Below are positions 1 through 13,737 of a stretch of DNA of 64,000 bases, piece by piece. A model generated the notes under the pieces. It saw only the letters and a program-made list of their open reading frames with translations. It ran no database searches and had not been told where the DNA came from. The stretch comes from Camelus dromedarius (taxonomy: Eukaryota), in the NCBI RefSeq assembly GCF_036321535.1, contig NC_087436.1, positions 56,360,001-56,424,000 of the forward strand, in the 5' to 3' direction. Made by a program: the position numbers and the translations under genes. The first letter of the stretch is position 1; each line of letters opens with the position of its first letter.

Positions 1-301
1 GCAGTGCTAAAATTAATGACATCAAAATACTCTGAGAACATTCAGTACCCTCTGGGGCAGGCCATTCTGTCTCCTTTGCATTTGGACGATTCCACAGTCA
101 TCAGTCGGGAGATCTGTTACTACCTAGTCTTCACTGTAGGTTTTCTATTTAAAATTTAATACCTGGGAGGCCCTAAGCCAGGATTTATTTCTCCCCTAAG
201 AAAATATATTATTCTGACACTTAAGTACCAGAGGGGCTGCTTGATCCTCTAGAGTGAAGACTGAAAAGTTCTGTAAGTTTCTCAAGGGATTTCATGTGTC
301 A

Positions 302-351
302 TTGTTTTCTCTTCCCAAGAGAGACGTGTTGTTTTCTCTTCCCAAGAGAGA
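302..351. repeat. Tandem duplication, two perfect 23-bp copies
   Basis: TTGTTTTCTCTTCCCAAGAGAGA at 302-324 and 329-351 (period 27). Confidence 0.9.
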
Positions 352-1725
352 TCTGGGGTGACGGTAATGTCTGCCACAGCATCACCGTATTAAATCTCTA
401 TTGGGCAGGAAATGCACCAGCACTTATATCATTTTTAAGAGAGTGCATGAAGAAACCAATACAGGATAAAAAAGTTAAATGATCAGGAAATCTCTAACAC
501 ACAGTCCATTCTCTCTGTGCCTCTCAACTTCCCTGAGAGCCCCCCCTAGAAATGACTTAAAAGCCTCAGGGAACACTTACCACATCAAGACCAAGGTAAA
601 GATTAAGTTCTCACAAGAAGTTCACATATGAAGTCTGAGAACTCAACACTGGGTTAGCTTTAACCCCACTTGTAATAAAATGCTGTAAATACCTGTGTGC
701 ACACATGTACCGCACCCCTCCTCCAAACAGGAAAGTCAGGAAAAGAGTGAAAACCAAAGAAACATATATAGCAAAGTTTAAAAGTGAGTTTCAAAAATTG
801 AGACCACAGTTCCCTTGAAACATACAAAATAAAAATGTAAAAAGGACTTTAAATTATCAAATGCAACCTCCATTTAACGTAGAGGAAATGGAGGCCCAGA
901 ATGATAGAGCGGTCCCAAAGCTGCTCTTAGCCGTAAGAGGTCTGGGCGTCCAACAGCCATTGCATTTGTACACATGATACAGTGTTTTCATATCCTTCCT
1001 CTCTTGATGAACTAGTCAATATATGCCAAATAAATCTCTGAATTATCCCTTAAAGTACTTCCTTCCACTTCCTAAATCAGTGTCTGCATGAAATTTGAGA
1101 GTTCATTCATTTCATTCCCCTTACATTAAGCAGAACTAAGTTTCAGAAATAGATACTCACTTTCCTTGTCTGTTTTAAGGTCTATAAAGATGATGAGCTC
1201 TTACTTTGATATTGCCAACATTCACTGACTGAAAACAATGTCAGAACACCTATAATGGGTAACTCACTACGTTATGTCAAATGGGAAACACGTTAATCAA
1301 CTTGGCATGGATGCTGCTCTCAAGATGCCCAATGACTAGCAGGGCAAGACGAGGCATGTACTAAAATAATTATAATATCAGGCAGACTGGGGCCAGGAAT
1401 TTACCACGGGCGTAGAGTAGATGCTGTCATTATTCCTAGCTGGGGGATGAGTGAAGTGACTTAAAGGCAACTCTGAGATTGGATTACAGTCCATGGAGAA
1501 GCAAGGACATTCCAAGCCAGACGCTGTCCAATCAAAAGCAAGGCAGCGGCAAACATGGAGCACACATGGGGAAAACACAAGTAGTTCAGTCTCGTAAAAG
1601 AAAGCTCACAAGTTGGAGAGTTTGTGGGATATAAAACTAGAAAAGTGGATTTAATCCAGGGTGTGTTTAGATCTCTGAAGCTAAGAAAAAATACCTTTTT
1701 CCTTCACCCTATAATCCACGTGAAC

Positions 1726-2760
1726 TCATTCATTCATCCTTTACGCAAAATTCTGAAGCAGCCCCTAAATAACAGGCACTAAGGAAAGGCCCTAGGAATG
1801 TAAACCTGGAAAAAAACAACATGGTCTTTACCTCCATGGAACTTAGTCTCCATTGGGAATGACAGATAAGCAGTCAATGATTACCATAAAACAGCATGAG
1901 AGGTGTCATGAGAGCACACCAGGGTCACACGGAAAGGTGTAAGGAAACTCAGCGACATTCAGGCGTGCCAGGGAGTAATAGTAAGTATCCCAAAGGAAGA
2001 AACTGTGAAGATAAGGAGTAGTTATCGAAATAGAGGAGGGGATGTTGGGTATTCAGACAGAGATAAAAGCATGTTAAAAATACCTGAAAGTGTGAGACAG
2101 TATAAAGTGTTCAGAACAGACACTACATTTTAACCCAAAGCCATAGGAAATTATGAAATTACTACGATGTTCATAATTATGCTCCAAGAAAATAAATCTG
2201 GCAGCAGCATGTAGAAAAAAATTGGAAGGAGGAAAGACAAAGAGGAAATAACTACAAAATGCTTGACTCCAGAATCTAGAAAAATGGTAGGGAGGACCCC
2301 AACTGGCCCAGTTCAAGTGGGAATATCATGGAGATAGAATTCATTCAACTGAGCAAATCAGAAACTTAGGGAACCAGGGAAATTCCAGGCACCACACATT
2401 TTAGAAAGGATTAATCAAAGCTGGGAGCTAGGGAGGAAAAGCATAAGCAGCAGGAAACCTAGACGTAGGATAACATTTAAGAAACAGACAGAGAGCAGAA
2501 CCCATAGAGACAAAGGAGGAGGACCTGGAATAAAGGCACATCACGGACACAGGAGGCAGAAAGGCGCGGGCACCGCGGCGGGTGGGACGACAGTAAGAAA
2601 GGCTTCTGGTGACAAAGATCAATGTGTCCTGCAGTAAAGGAGCTTCAGGAGAGAATGAGTGGAAGCCAATTACAAGATACTATGAATTACTGGGCTGTGA
2701 AAGCAGATCACTCTTTTGGAACTCTCGAGAAATTTAACAGGGAAGTAAGGAGACAGGCTG
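1726..2760 (-). mobile_element. Degenerate L2 LINE 3' region
   Basis: TCATTCATTCAT tail followed by an L2-like motif (catggtctttacctccatggaacttagtc) and a purine-rich body. Boundaries approximate. Confidence 0.55.
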
Positions 2761-3930
2761 GTAATCTGAGAAGCATCATAGCAAAGTTTTTCACAGTAGA
2801 GGAGACTTGTAGGTTGTGGGTCAGAAAAAAGAATTCAGAAGAGAGAGAGATAGGATTTAATAATCTTTATACTGGCAGGAGGTTCACATTTCTAACTTAA
2901 ATCCATAGTCCAAATCATTTTTCTCCAGCTTTGTTTTTAAAGGCTGAGAACTTGCATCCGCCACCCTCTAAATGCTGAAGACCTTCATATATTTGGGACC
3001 TTTCATTGTATCACACCTCAGTCTTCACTCCTGGGTGAAAACACCAATCCAACAGTCCTTTCTTGTGAGTTTTACTCTTCATCATGGCTTTTCCTTTGGG
3101 CCCTTCTCCATATTCTACGGAGCCTTCTTTGGAAAAAATCCAAAAGAGGGTCCAACAATTTAATCAAAGCTAAGCCTGAATTGAGTTTTTAAAAAGGTAG
3201 GTATCTGAGGATCCCTCTACACCTGCAGTTTGCAAACTCATTTTGTTTTCAAAGCAGAAGCATTGCTTCTAATTAAATCATCTGCAAGATAAAAGGAGCT
3301 GCTATGAATAGAATGAGGGTAAGCAAAACAGAGCTCCAACCATGGGGCGTTCCTCCTCCCCATTCTGTAGAAGCTATCAACTTACCTCCAAAGGGCCCCC
3401 AGGGGTCTGAAAACCACTGTTTTATATCCTGTGCTGGTTTATGGGTCCAGGTATCACATTCACTGTTCAAGCTACAGTAATAATAGTGCTGATTACAAGC
3501 TGTATATTGCTTGTTAGTTTCTAACATTTCTCAGAGAATACCTATGCAAGTTATCTTTCTTATGTCATATAAAAATAGCCTTTATCTCTACATAATTTTT
3601 AGCTTTTTCCTAAAACCTTTTACTACTTAGAAACATTATGCACAATTCTGACCACACAATCCCAGACATTAGCTACCTCTTTTCTAAACAGCTTCACGGC
3701 AGCTGCACACTTAATGTGAACATTGTCTTGAAGCCAGGTCACTGATGAGCTTAGAAACAACAGGACTGACCCACTTCATTTGTTGCAAAGAAAATATTTC
3801 TTTTTCCCTCCATAGAAAAGTTGAAATGAATAAAATTCCTCCTCCGTTAAAGATCCTAGAAGCACTGAGCTACAAAATGTATCATGTACAGAAAGTGATA
3901 GAAAAGAACCATAAAAAGTATATTTGTTCA

Positions 3931-4272
<342 letters not shown>

Positions 4273-5032
4273 CTATGTGCTTTCTGAATATCATCAGGGT
4301 AATTCGTATTTTCAACCATCATTCTTTGCCATGGGTGTCTTCGTTTTGGCATTCCATTCAGTTTTCTGACTGTGGCTATGACAGTATTGAATTACTAATA
4401 CCAATCAGAGACAATCAAAATAGCAAGGGTAGAGAAACTCTAAGAGTTTGTGTCTGAAAACACAAGGATCCCTTTCTAATCAGTAGCTCCTACTTAAATT
4501 ATTTCTCAGTTAACAGTAAATAGTTCATGGTATTACAGTTACACACGAGACACTGTTTACAAAATAGGCACATACTCCAAGACTGGCTTACACTCTCTCC
4601 CCTTGAACAATCCACCTAGGTCATCTCTAACATGAGAAAATAAAAAGGACACCAATTCTCAATATAAACTCTGGATATAATCAACCCCGCAGATAAATCC
4701 CCTGTAACTTTTCACATTTAGACAAAAAAACGTGCTCCTTCAAATCCCTAAGAAACCCTAAGAAATTCTGGTATTACGCTTGCATTTCCTGTCCCTGAAG
4801 AAAACAAGTATTTGAGCATGTTCCATTTCCAGCCCACCGTTCATTCACAGTGGTGCCTTAGTCATTCCCCCTGTGAGGTCTCCCATTAGAAGCTTACGAC
4901 ATTCTTGGGCTCGTGCCAAGATGACAATGTCTGTGTATTTCATCACTGGTCTAGACAGATGAGTTAATATGCAGATGTTAACAGAAAAAGAGAGGAAAGC
5001 TAGGAAACCCCGAACACTGCTATAGACTTTTA

Positions 5033-5233
<201 letters not shown>

Positions 5234-5799
5234 TTAAATCCCAAAACACACTGTTGGTGTATTCACAGCACTACAGATTTGTTTAATCTTTTTTTTTTTT
5301 TCCCCTCCAGAGAAGAAACAGTTATTGCATGTAAAGTATATTTAGCCAGTTAGTTCTTCTTTATATAGACAAGTTATTTGTATTTACTTATTAATTTATG
5401 CTGTCCTCTTCTAATGTATTTGAGATTGACTGTGGATTTTAATTATTCGAAATATTGCTTCCAAATTATTAAATATTTCATTCTACCTGTTATTATTTTC
5501 AGAGAAAAATACCTGAATGGTTGACAGTAATTGGCAGAATATCCTTCCTTTCCACCTCTCTAGTGGGATACTAGGTACTCACTCTGAAGAGAATCAAGCC
5601 ACTATGTGCTTCAATAAAATACAACAAAACACGAGTGGAATGCATTGTTGGGCACACAAAGAAATAAAGGAAATTTCCAAACAGGGAGGGGCGGAGGGAG
5701 GGAGGAAAAGAGGAGGGATAGAGAAGCACTTAGTACATACCAAAGCCAGGCTGCTGTCTGGGCAAAGACTAACACCAGCACTGAGATCCCGAATATGAA

Positions 5800-6480
5800 C
5801 TCTGTCACTTCTTTACAATTAGAGAAACCGAACCCTGGGCTTCAGCATTAAGCTGGGACCACTGAATGGTACTAAATTTGCCCTGGGTTGGTAGCACAAC
5901 ATCACCATGGCTCCCAGCAGAAACAAACAGAAATCCTCTCTTGAGGAAATCATTTGCAGAACTTTTCACTTCCACCACTATGGTGAGAAACTAGACACTT
6001 CGAAGGAGCTCTTGCCACCAGACAACTTGATCATGGAAAAAGATGAGAAACAAAAGCCTGTAATGCACTGTTGGGCTCACAAGGAAAGAAAGGAAATCCC
6101 CAAGGGGGGAGGGAGAGAAGGAAAGGAGAAAGAAGACCCCACAGAGTAAACTCCTTAAAACAAAAGGAAACAGCCACTACAAATGAGAGTCAAGAGAAAG
6201 ACCCCAAGGAGATTTAACCCCTTCAGGTTACAGACACTGGAATTTTCAGATACAGAACGCCAAGAATGTTACATGAAATACATGAAGAAATAGAAGACAG
6301 AATGAAATATTAGCAAGCAGTAGGAAATTATTGAAAATTATACTTTGAGGTGGGAGAGTTAATTATCACAAGCAAACCTGTAAAATGGAGAGGTAAAACA
6401 GCCTATGAGAGCTGGGGAGAAAGATGAGCTCTGAAGAGCTGGACAGCGCAGCAGGGACAAAGAGAAAGAAAACATGAGAG
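5800..6480 (+). mobile_element. Old L1M/HAL1-like 5'/ORF1 remnant
   Basis: A-rich degenerate sequence resembling old L1 ORF1 regions (cttcaggttacagacactggaattttcagatacagaa...). Confidence 0.4.
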
Positions 6481-6729
6481 TGAGGGCATAGAGGTTCAAT
6501 GACTCTTTATACATGATCTTCACTCTACTCGTGCTTACATTAAATTTTTTGAGAACTCCATGACTGAAAGGCCTAGGTATGGGCGACCATTTACACAATT
6601 TGGTAGACATACATAAAGAATCTAACATAGGACTCTCATAAGATCTGGTCAAAAAACTGGGATGTACTCTTCTCAGAGACATGCTTTGCATCAAGTAAAC
6701 CCAAAGTTGTTTTTTTTGTGTGTTTGCGC

Positions 6730-6898
6730 TTTTAAGGACCATGTAATTACACTGAGCTGGGGGCTCTCAGGTAATCCAGAATAATCTCATTCTAAAGGCA
6801 GGTGATTAGCAACCTTAGTCCCCCTTTGCCACGTAAAATAACAGATTCCAGGGGTTAGGATACAGACGTGCTGGGGGCTGGGGTTCAGCCTACCGCAG
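6730..6898 (-). mobile_element. MLT1 (MaLR) LTR fragment, MLT1B/C-like
   Basis: gtaatccagaataatctc...gattagcaacctta...cccctttgccacgtaa...ggttaggat...gcctaccgca resembles the reverse strand of the MLT1 5' end. Confidence 0.7.
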
Positions 6899-8519
6899 CT
6901 GTCTACCAACTGGGATGGGTTCTGTTTTTGCATAATGGATGATTTTATCAATTCAAGAGGTAATGCTATCCATTGCCAGAGCCATTAACAGCACTAATAT
7001 CAGACTGAAAGCTTTTTGGGACAAGATAAAAGTTTCCTTTTCCTCTCAAAGAAGGACTGAAAAATAAAAGCATCGCTGACATGCCATTTAAGCCGCTCAG
7101 CCTGAAGGAAATGAGGGACCAAGTATATGTGTGGAGCAGCCTTTCCCCCTTTAAAAGGCAGAGGGCTTTATGAGGAAACATTCAGTACATTTCCATCCTG
7201 AGTGAGCGGCCAGATCACCAAGAGCACCAAGCAGCCGAGAGCCAAATCCACAAGGAGTTACATGACTGACTTGAGAGAAGACTTCCTACATTTGTTAAAG
7301 AAATACTATTAATTTACAGATATTACAAAACATTGCTTATGTAAATCTATGGGACACTTCCTAACAAAGTTTTACATCCACTTCTTTTCTAATGATAACA
7401 TACCTAATTAATGAAAGTACTGATGGAATTGGCAATGCTCATAATAGGAACAACTTATCTCAAAGACAGAAAGTCTCACTAAATTACATTCAGAAATTTA
7501 AAATATATTTATATTTTGTGATTTATAACAATATTTATGAACTGGAAAATATAACTTGAAAAATGTTTTATCTATGTTATTTGAGTTTTTGTTTGATTTA
7601 GTTAATGTTTCACATCTTTCTGTACCTAAACTTTCACTCTCTATTACAGTCTTAGATATTTATTTTGAAAGTTAGATTGCAAAAATAAAATATAATCACT
7701 ATAATTGTGATTCCAAAAAGAGAATTATTTCATGTAAGATGGGTACATCTAGCTGTAGAAGGATTATAAAGAGCTGTCACTATATCAGAAATGTCCTCTC
7801 ATCTAGTGATCAGATTATCAGATAATCTCTAATGGTTAAGTCCACGTACATGATGGACACTAGAAACCATACAGTTGTAAGTAATACTCTGTACTCTCTA
7901 CATGTCACTGAATTAGCAATACAAAAATATACTGTTAAATACTCTGGTTAGTAAGGCTGTGTGAATAATACACATTGGAAAGATTCTTTACAAAAGATTT
8001 CTCAACCAAAAAGTGTGATGTTCAATTAGACAATTTACTTCACCTTTTGTTCCTTTACAAGGTCAGATAAATAGGGTATAAATAAATAATAATAGTGTTA
8101 CTATTTACTGAATACATACTACATATTAAATATGCCAGCATATTTATATACATACACAGTAGGAAAACGCATACCATCTTAATTCTTACAACCATCCTAT
8201 GATGTTCCTTCCTTAAAGGATTTATATATAAAGTCACTTGGCAAATAGTACATCCAAGTTTATATTCCAGGCATGAATTTTCCCTTTACATTAATGAAAT
8301 AACGAATCAGTATTAAGGTGAGATACTCACATGATAATACGCAGAAAGGCTACTGTACATTTCTACATTGTTTATCTTAAAATCCAAATCTTAAAACAAG
8401 ATCTTAAATCTGTAATACTGAGACTGTTCCTTTACTAAACTGAGTTTTACAGGCTCCTTCTTCCCATCTTGCCATTATCAAATGCAGTTCTTTGTTTTAT
8501 TTAACATTTGGTTCACAAA

Positions 8520-8700
8520 CATTAAGTGCACAGACTCTAGAGATCGGCTGGGTTTGAGTCCTGGCTCATCCGCCTGTGAGCTAGTTGACCAGCTGGGTGC
8601 ACACCCCGGACGCAAATACAGGGATGTGTGTCTACTGCTACCTCACGGGTGCTATGAAGATGAAATGAGCTCATCCTATAAAGGCCGATGTCTGGCTGCT
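8520..8700 (+). mobile_element. MIR SINE
   Basis: ttaagtgcacagactctagag...ctgggtttgagtcctggctc...ctacctcacgggtgctatgaagatgaaatgag, a MIR core. Confidence 0.7.
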
Positions 8701-9589
8701 CTTAACTGTTATAGAGTTAACAACTAATTTTTTTTTTGTATCTAAATTACAGAAAGAAGACTGTATTTTCACAGACATTAAAAGTTGGAGTTGAAATTTT
8801 TTAAAAACAAATTACTGAGCAGCCTGTTTAATCACTCAGGTACGCCACTGAGGATGCGAAGTGGAAAAATGCAGTCTCCACCCCTGAAGAGATGGAAGTC
8901 CACCTAAGATTCAGGTACACTAACACCAATGACAGTGCTATCCTCAACCACTGTACTGGTACCACAGCGGACTGTCAGGACAGAAGAGAAACAGACTGGC
9001 TCAGTCTGGGCTAATTTGTCACAGAGATAAAACATGGGTTAGGCCTTGAGTGATAGTCAGAGGAACTCTCCAGAAAGATACGACACTTGCAAAGACGTGG
9101 ATTTTAAAACCATGTTGTATTTTCAAAACAATTACTCAAGGCTGATGCTACGGCTCAAGAAGCAGGTGGGGAAGAGGTTGGGAGGAGAGGCTGCTGTGCT
9201 CACCAAGCCAGGAAGGACCCGTAAACACTAGGACACTAGAACGTGTTATCCAGGGAGGGAGACAGTAAGGTTTTAGAAAGAGAATGCCACAGGAATGAGA
9301 AAGATGGGCTAGAAGGAAGAAAATAAGTAGCTTTCAATTCCAAGAGCATAAATATCTGATGCATTAATACTAAAGGGGATTTTAATATTGGTACTTAAAA
9401 AAAAGTATAATAAAACAAATTTTTAAATTTAAGAATGGTATTTGCTATATATTCATTAAATTCTAAGAATGAAAAATCAACCAATTTGATAAGAACTTTG
9501 ACATTAAAAAAAAACTTACATCCTAAGTGGCATCGGTTTGGTCAGAATGATTGCTTCCCAAGTGGGTTTCTGTCTGGTCTGTTACCTCC

Positions 9590-9900
9590 AGGGGAGATAT
9601 TAGTCAAAGAGCACAGAGTTTCAGTTATGCAAAATGACTAAGTCCTAGAGACCTGCTGTACAGCACGGTGCCCACAGTTAACAGCAGTGGACTGTATTCT
9701 TAAAAATTTGCTACATTAGACCTTATGTTGTGTTATCATAAAATAATAATAATGAATGAATGGGGCAGGTGGAAACTTTGGGAGGTGGTGAATATATTTA
9801 TAGCCTAGACTGTGGTGATGGCTTCACAGATGTATACTTATTTTCAAACTCTTCAACTTACATATATTAAATCTATACAGCTTTTTGTGTGTCAAAAAAA
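9590..9900 (+). mobile_element. L1M (L1MB/MC-like) 3' end
   Basis: gtttcagttatgcaaaatga...ggaaactttgggaggtggtgaatat...gactgtggtgatggcttcacagatgtatac, ending in an A tail. Confidence 0.75.
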
Positions 9901-10619
9901 GAGTAATCAATTCTTGGCTTGAGATTTTTTTTAAGTTATTTTTAGCACTAAATAAAAAGTCACCAAAAAAGTCAAGTAAACAAGATATCCAAAGTCAGAA
10001 CCAGACAATAAAGATTAGGAAAAACAATCTTAAGAGTTTATAAAGGAAAATATTTCTCACTAAAATTGTTATTTCCATTCCGAGTCCCAACAACCTTTTT
10101 GCATGGTCCATAAAGAAACCAAATGCTTTTCTCATTAAAGCAAGTGCCTTGGATTCGATATATATTTTCTTCAAAGTTGGCAGTGTTGACCATCAGAAAA
10201 TTAAAACTCTCCTGAATGGAAAAGCCAGGACTTCACCCTGAAACATAAACCCTCCAGCTGAAACGCAGCCTTCTTCCCTTGGAGAAGCGCTCAGATCCCA
10301 GTTGGTTGTGATGCTACTTTTGCCTTCAAAAGCCAGGCCAAAGTGCAGTAACGCTATCCTTACTGAAAACAGAGGGAAGATGGTCCCATGTTGAATATTT
10401 TCTAACCTGCTCTTTATCAGAATGTCCGACGGTCTGGATTGTAACCTTACACTCACATTAAAGAACAATCACCTCACCCTCAATATGTCAAAATGTTATC
10501 AGGAAACCCTGTATCTGAGATCTGATGTCTCACTGACTGCAGGGAGCCTTCTCTTTGTCCATCGCCCTATCCGTTTCAGTAAAATGAAACCAGGCAGTTA
10601 TTGACATTTCCTCTCGTAC

Positions 10620-10758
10620 CAGCAGAGGGAGGCCTGATCCGCTTCCCGAGCTCTGAGACTGCTCAATTAAGTCTCTCAGGGATTCACCAGGAGGAATGTA
10701 CGTTTCGTCCTGTTCTAACCCAATGCTGTACCGAGGTCTGGTTTCTTGTCTTTTATAC
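10620..10758 (-). CDS. BMPR1B: BMPR1B coding exon 5 (139 nt), juxtamembrane region and GS box
   Basis: [46 protein letters not shown], within ORF 10530..10862. Acceptor CTGCAG|, donor CTG|GTACGA. Confidence 0.97.
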
Positions 10759-11857
10759 CTGCAGAAGCACAGAGGAAGGCAGTTTGAGACTCTGGATTCC
10801 AACAACAGGAGCAAAACATGGCAGATAAAACAGTAACCACAGCAGGTTTTATCTCTGCACATAAATACAAGATTAAATGCTCAGTATTTATTACTCTTAG
10901 TTATGATTTCCAAAACACAAAATCATAATTATTTTTCTAACCTACTTTTAAAGTAAACTACATGTTTTCACTCAGTCACAACCATCTAAATTTTTCTTCT
11001 GTATTTCTTTCAACTGCATATATCCAAGCAGCCTACGTTCCATAAGTGTTTCTACATAGTTCCAAGAATCAGTTCCTAAAGTCTTTTTCTATAAGGTAAT
11101 TATTTAATATCAGGTAATTCCTATAAGGTAATTAATTAAAGATGCAAATTTTTGGTTTACAAAAGACATTACAACAAATTTTTTCATCTAAGGTAATGTA
11201 TATAAAGCGATAATACAGATAAATGAAATCAATTGAAACTTTAAAAGCTTTTGTCAATAATTATGTCTTTCACTAGAAATGATGTTATTTGAATCAACTC
11301 CCATTTGCACAACAGTAACTTAAATGAGGACTGCAAAAGGCAAATGATGAGAATGTAAAGGTCCCTGCCATTTCACAAACTAGAAAATGGGTTCTTAGGT
11401 GACTGAAAATAATTTGTAATGACTATACTCTAATTTACTAACTGAACTTATTCTATTTTAATAATTAATCTATAAATTATCTTTAAAATATTTCAATGTT
11501 AAAGAGAAACTGTTAGTTCATGAAATAAGGAATTACTAAAACCATTCTAAGTTCAACATGGTCATTTCTCTGCTTTGAATCAAACCTCAGTAGCAACTAG
11601 TTGCTGAATTCCCTAATGACCGTAAATTCTCTAGAGATGAATTTTTTTCTGGGTGGTTTTGATATTTGAAACAGAAATGAGATAGGTTTAATAGCTTCCT
11701 TAGGACAAATATTTATCACTAGTAACCTGATATTATCCGTGAACTTTAAGATCTAATTAGGGCAAGGAAAGCTGTGGTAAAAAAAATGTCAACAGGTAGA
11801 AGAGTATGAGGAAGATAATATAAATTCAAAATCCTACACCTACATATTAGAAACTTA

Positions 11858-11992
<135 letters not shown>

Positions 11993-13249
11993 CTATTTTC
12001 ACTTAAAAATAAGGAAGCAGTTCTTTCCTAAAAGTGCTTGCTAAGCTCCATATGCATGATGTGAAAGGTCCTTTTAATCTGCTAATTGATGAAAAAAATA
12101 CATATATATGCTCTTAAAATTAAGTAAGCTTGACTACCATGAATCATTGCTCGTTGAGGCACTCGTTTCAAGGGCATGTACTTCTTCCTCTCTGGAAGGA
12201 ACACGCTTGACATAAGATAAAAGCACAGAATATAAATAAATGTAGATGGATCAATACCCCTAAAACATCAGCAGGTAGTTCGTCTTTGTGTCAGATCCAG
12301 CTGATGGGTTTACAGGCTTTTCGCATGTGGTTTCTGGAGCGCACTGTATCATGACTTTGGATAAAAAACTAATTTATATTCAGTGTACATAAAATAAAAA
12401 GTCATCCTATGATGGATACAAAGGAACAGGATTCCTGAAATATTGCCAAACATAGAATATATGGATGTGCATTATTTTAAGCAAAGATGCCCTTCAAAAA
12501 TACATACCTAAGGTTTTCATAAGTGGCATCATATTTTAAACGAATGGGTATGTTCTACTCAAAGAATTGTATGATCCTTTTAAACAACAAATTATTAAAT
12601 AGTATTCATGTTGTTTTAACTCTGGTTCTTGACAAATCAGATTTACTTACAGTCTCAAACTTCATAAAAGTAAGAATGACCAGGACAGCTTTATACAAAT
12701 GCATATTTATTACTGACTTGAACCCCACAGATTTTTATTCAAACTATTTTATTTTACTTTCTACAATCATCCCAGGTGATTTATATGCAGTTAGTCTGTG
12801 GAATACAATTGGAGAAAAATGACCAAAAACCAGGTGTGCTTATATATTAAGAGAATTAGCACCACTCTTATTAAGGGCACCGTATATCCTTGGGAGAGTA
12901 ATTACTGTTATTTAATTTTTAAAGGTATCATGTATTATAATTTATGACTTTGGTTACCTACAAACAAGATGTTTTCCAACTGTGCTGTATACTTTTAATT
13001 GTATGAGTGCCTAAACATTTTGGCTGGAGACCTCATCCCACTCAATGTAACTGTATTTTTTCATTCAAAAGTGTTATATATTCCCTGAAGAAAAACTGAA
13101 AAGCATCAACTAAGCAAAATAAAATTAACGAAACTGCCACCACCACACTACTTGGAAAAATTACTACTAACATTTTAGTGTACGCCCTTGCAGTGTTATT
13201 TCGATGACCAAAGTGTTCCTCAGCAAAATAGTTCACAAAAAGGCATTAT

Positions 13250-13737
13250 ATACACCCCTGTCCTTAGCAGCATTAGTCATAATAGCTAAAACATGGAAGA
13301 AACCCAAGTGTCCATGGACATATAGATGTATAAGCAAAATGTGGTATACACATACATGGTTAAGCCTTAAAAAGGAAGGGAATTCTGACATATGCTACCA
13401 CATGAATGAACCTTAAGGGCATTATGCTAAGTGAAATGAGTCAATCACAAAAAGACAAACACTGCATGACTCCACTTATAAGAGATATTTAGAGCAGTCA
13501 AAAATCATAAAGACAAAAAGAAGAATGGCAGTTGCCAGGGGCTGGGGAGAGGGGAGATAGAGGAAGTTAATGGTTAATGGGTAAGAGTTCCAGTTCTACA
13601 AGATGAAAAGAAATAGAGAGTGGTGATGGTTGCACAACATTATGAACATATTTTATATCACCAAATTGTACACTTAAAAGTGGTTAAGATGGTAAACTTT
13701 CTGTTATGTGTATTTCACAGTAAGAATTGGAAAAAAT
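13250..13737 (+). mobile_element. L1MB-like ORF2 end plus 3'UTR
   Basis: ORF 13204..13416 contains AALVIIAKTWKKPKCPWT...KMWY (L1 ORF2 C-terminus), followed by a typical L1MB 3'UTR. Confidence 0.85.

Noticed and set aside
2560..2590. CpG cluster GGCGCGGGCACCGCGGCGG as a CpG island or SMAD1/5 element
   Set aside because: About 30 bp within L2-like sequence, and no canonical GGCGCC-N5-GTCT arrangement.
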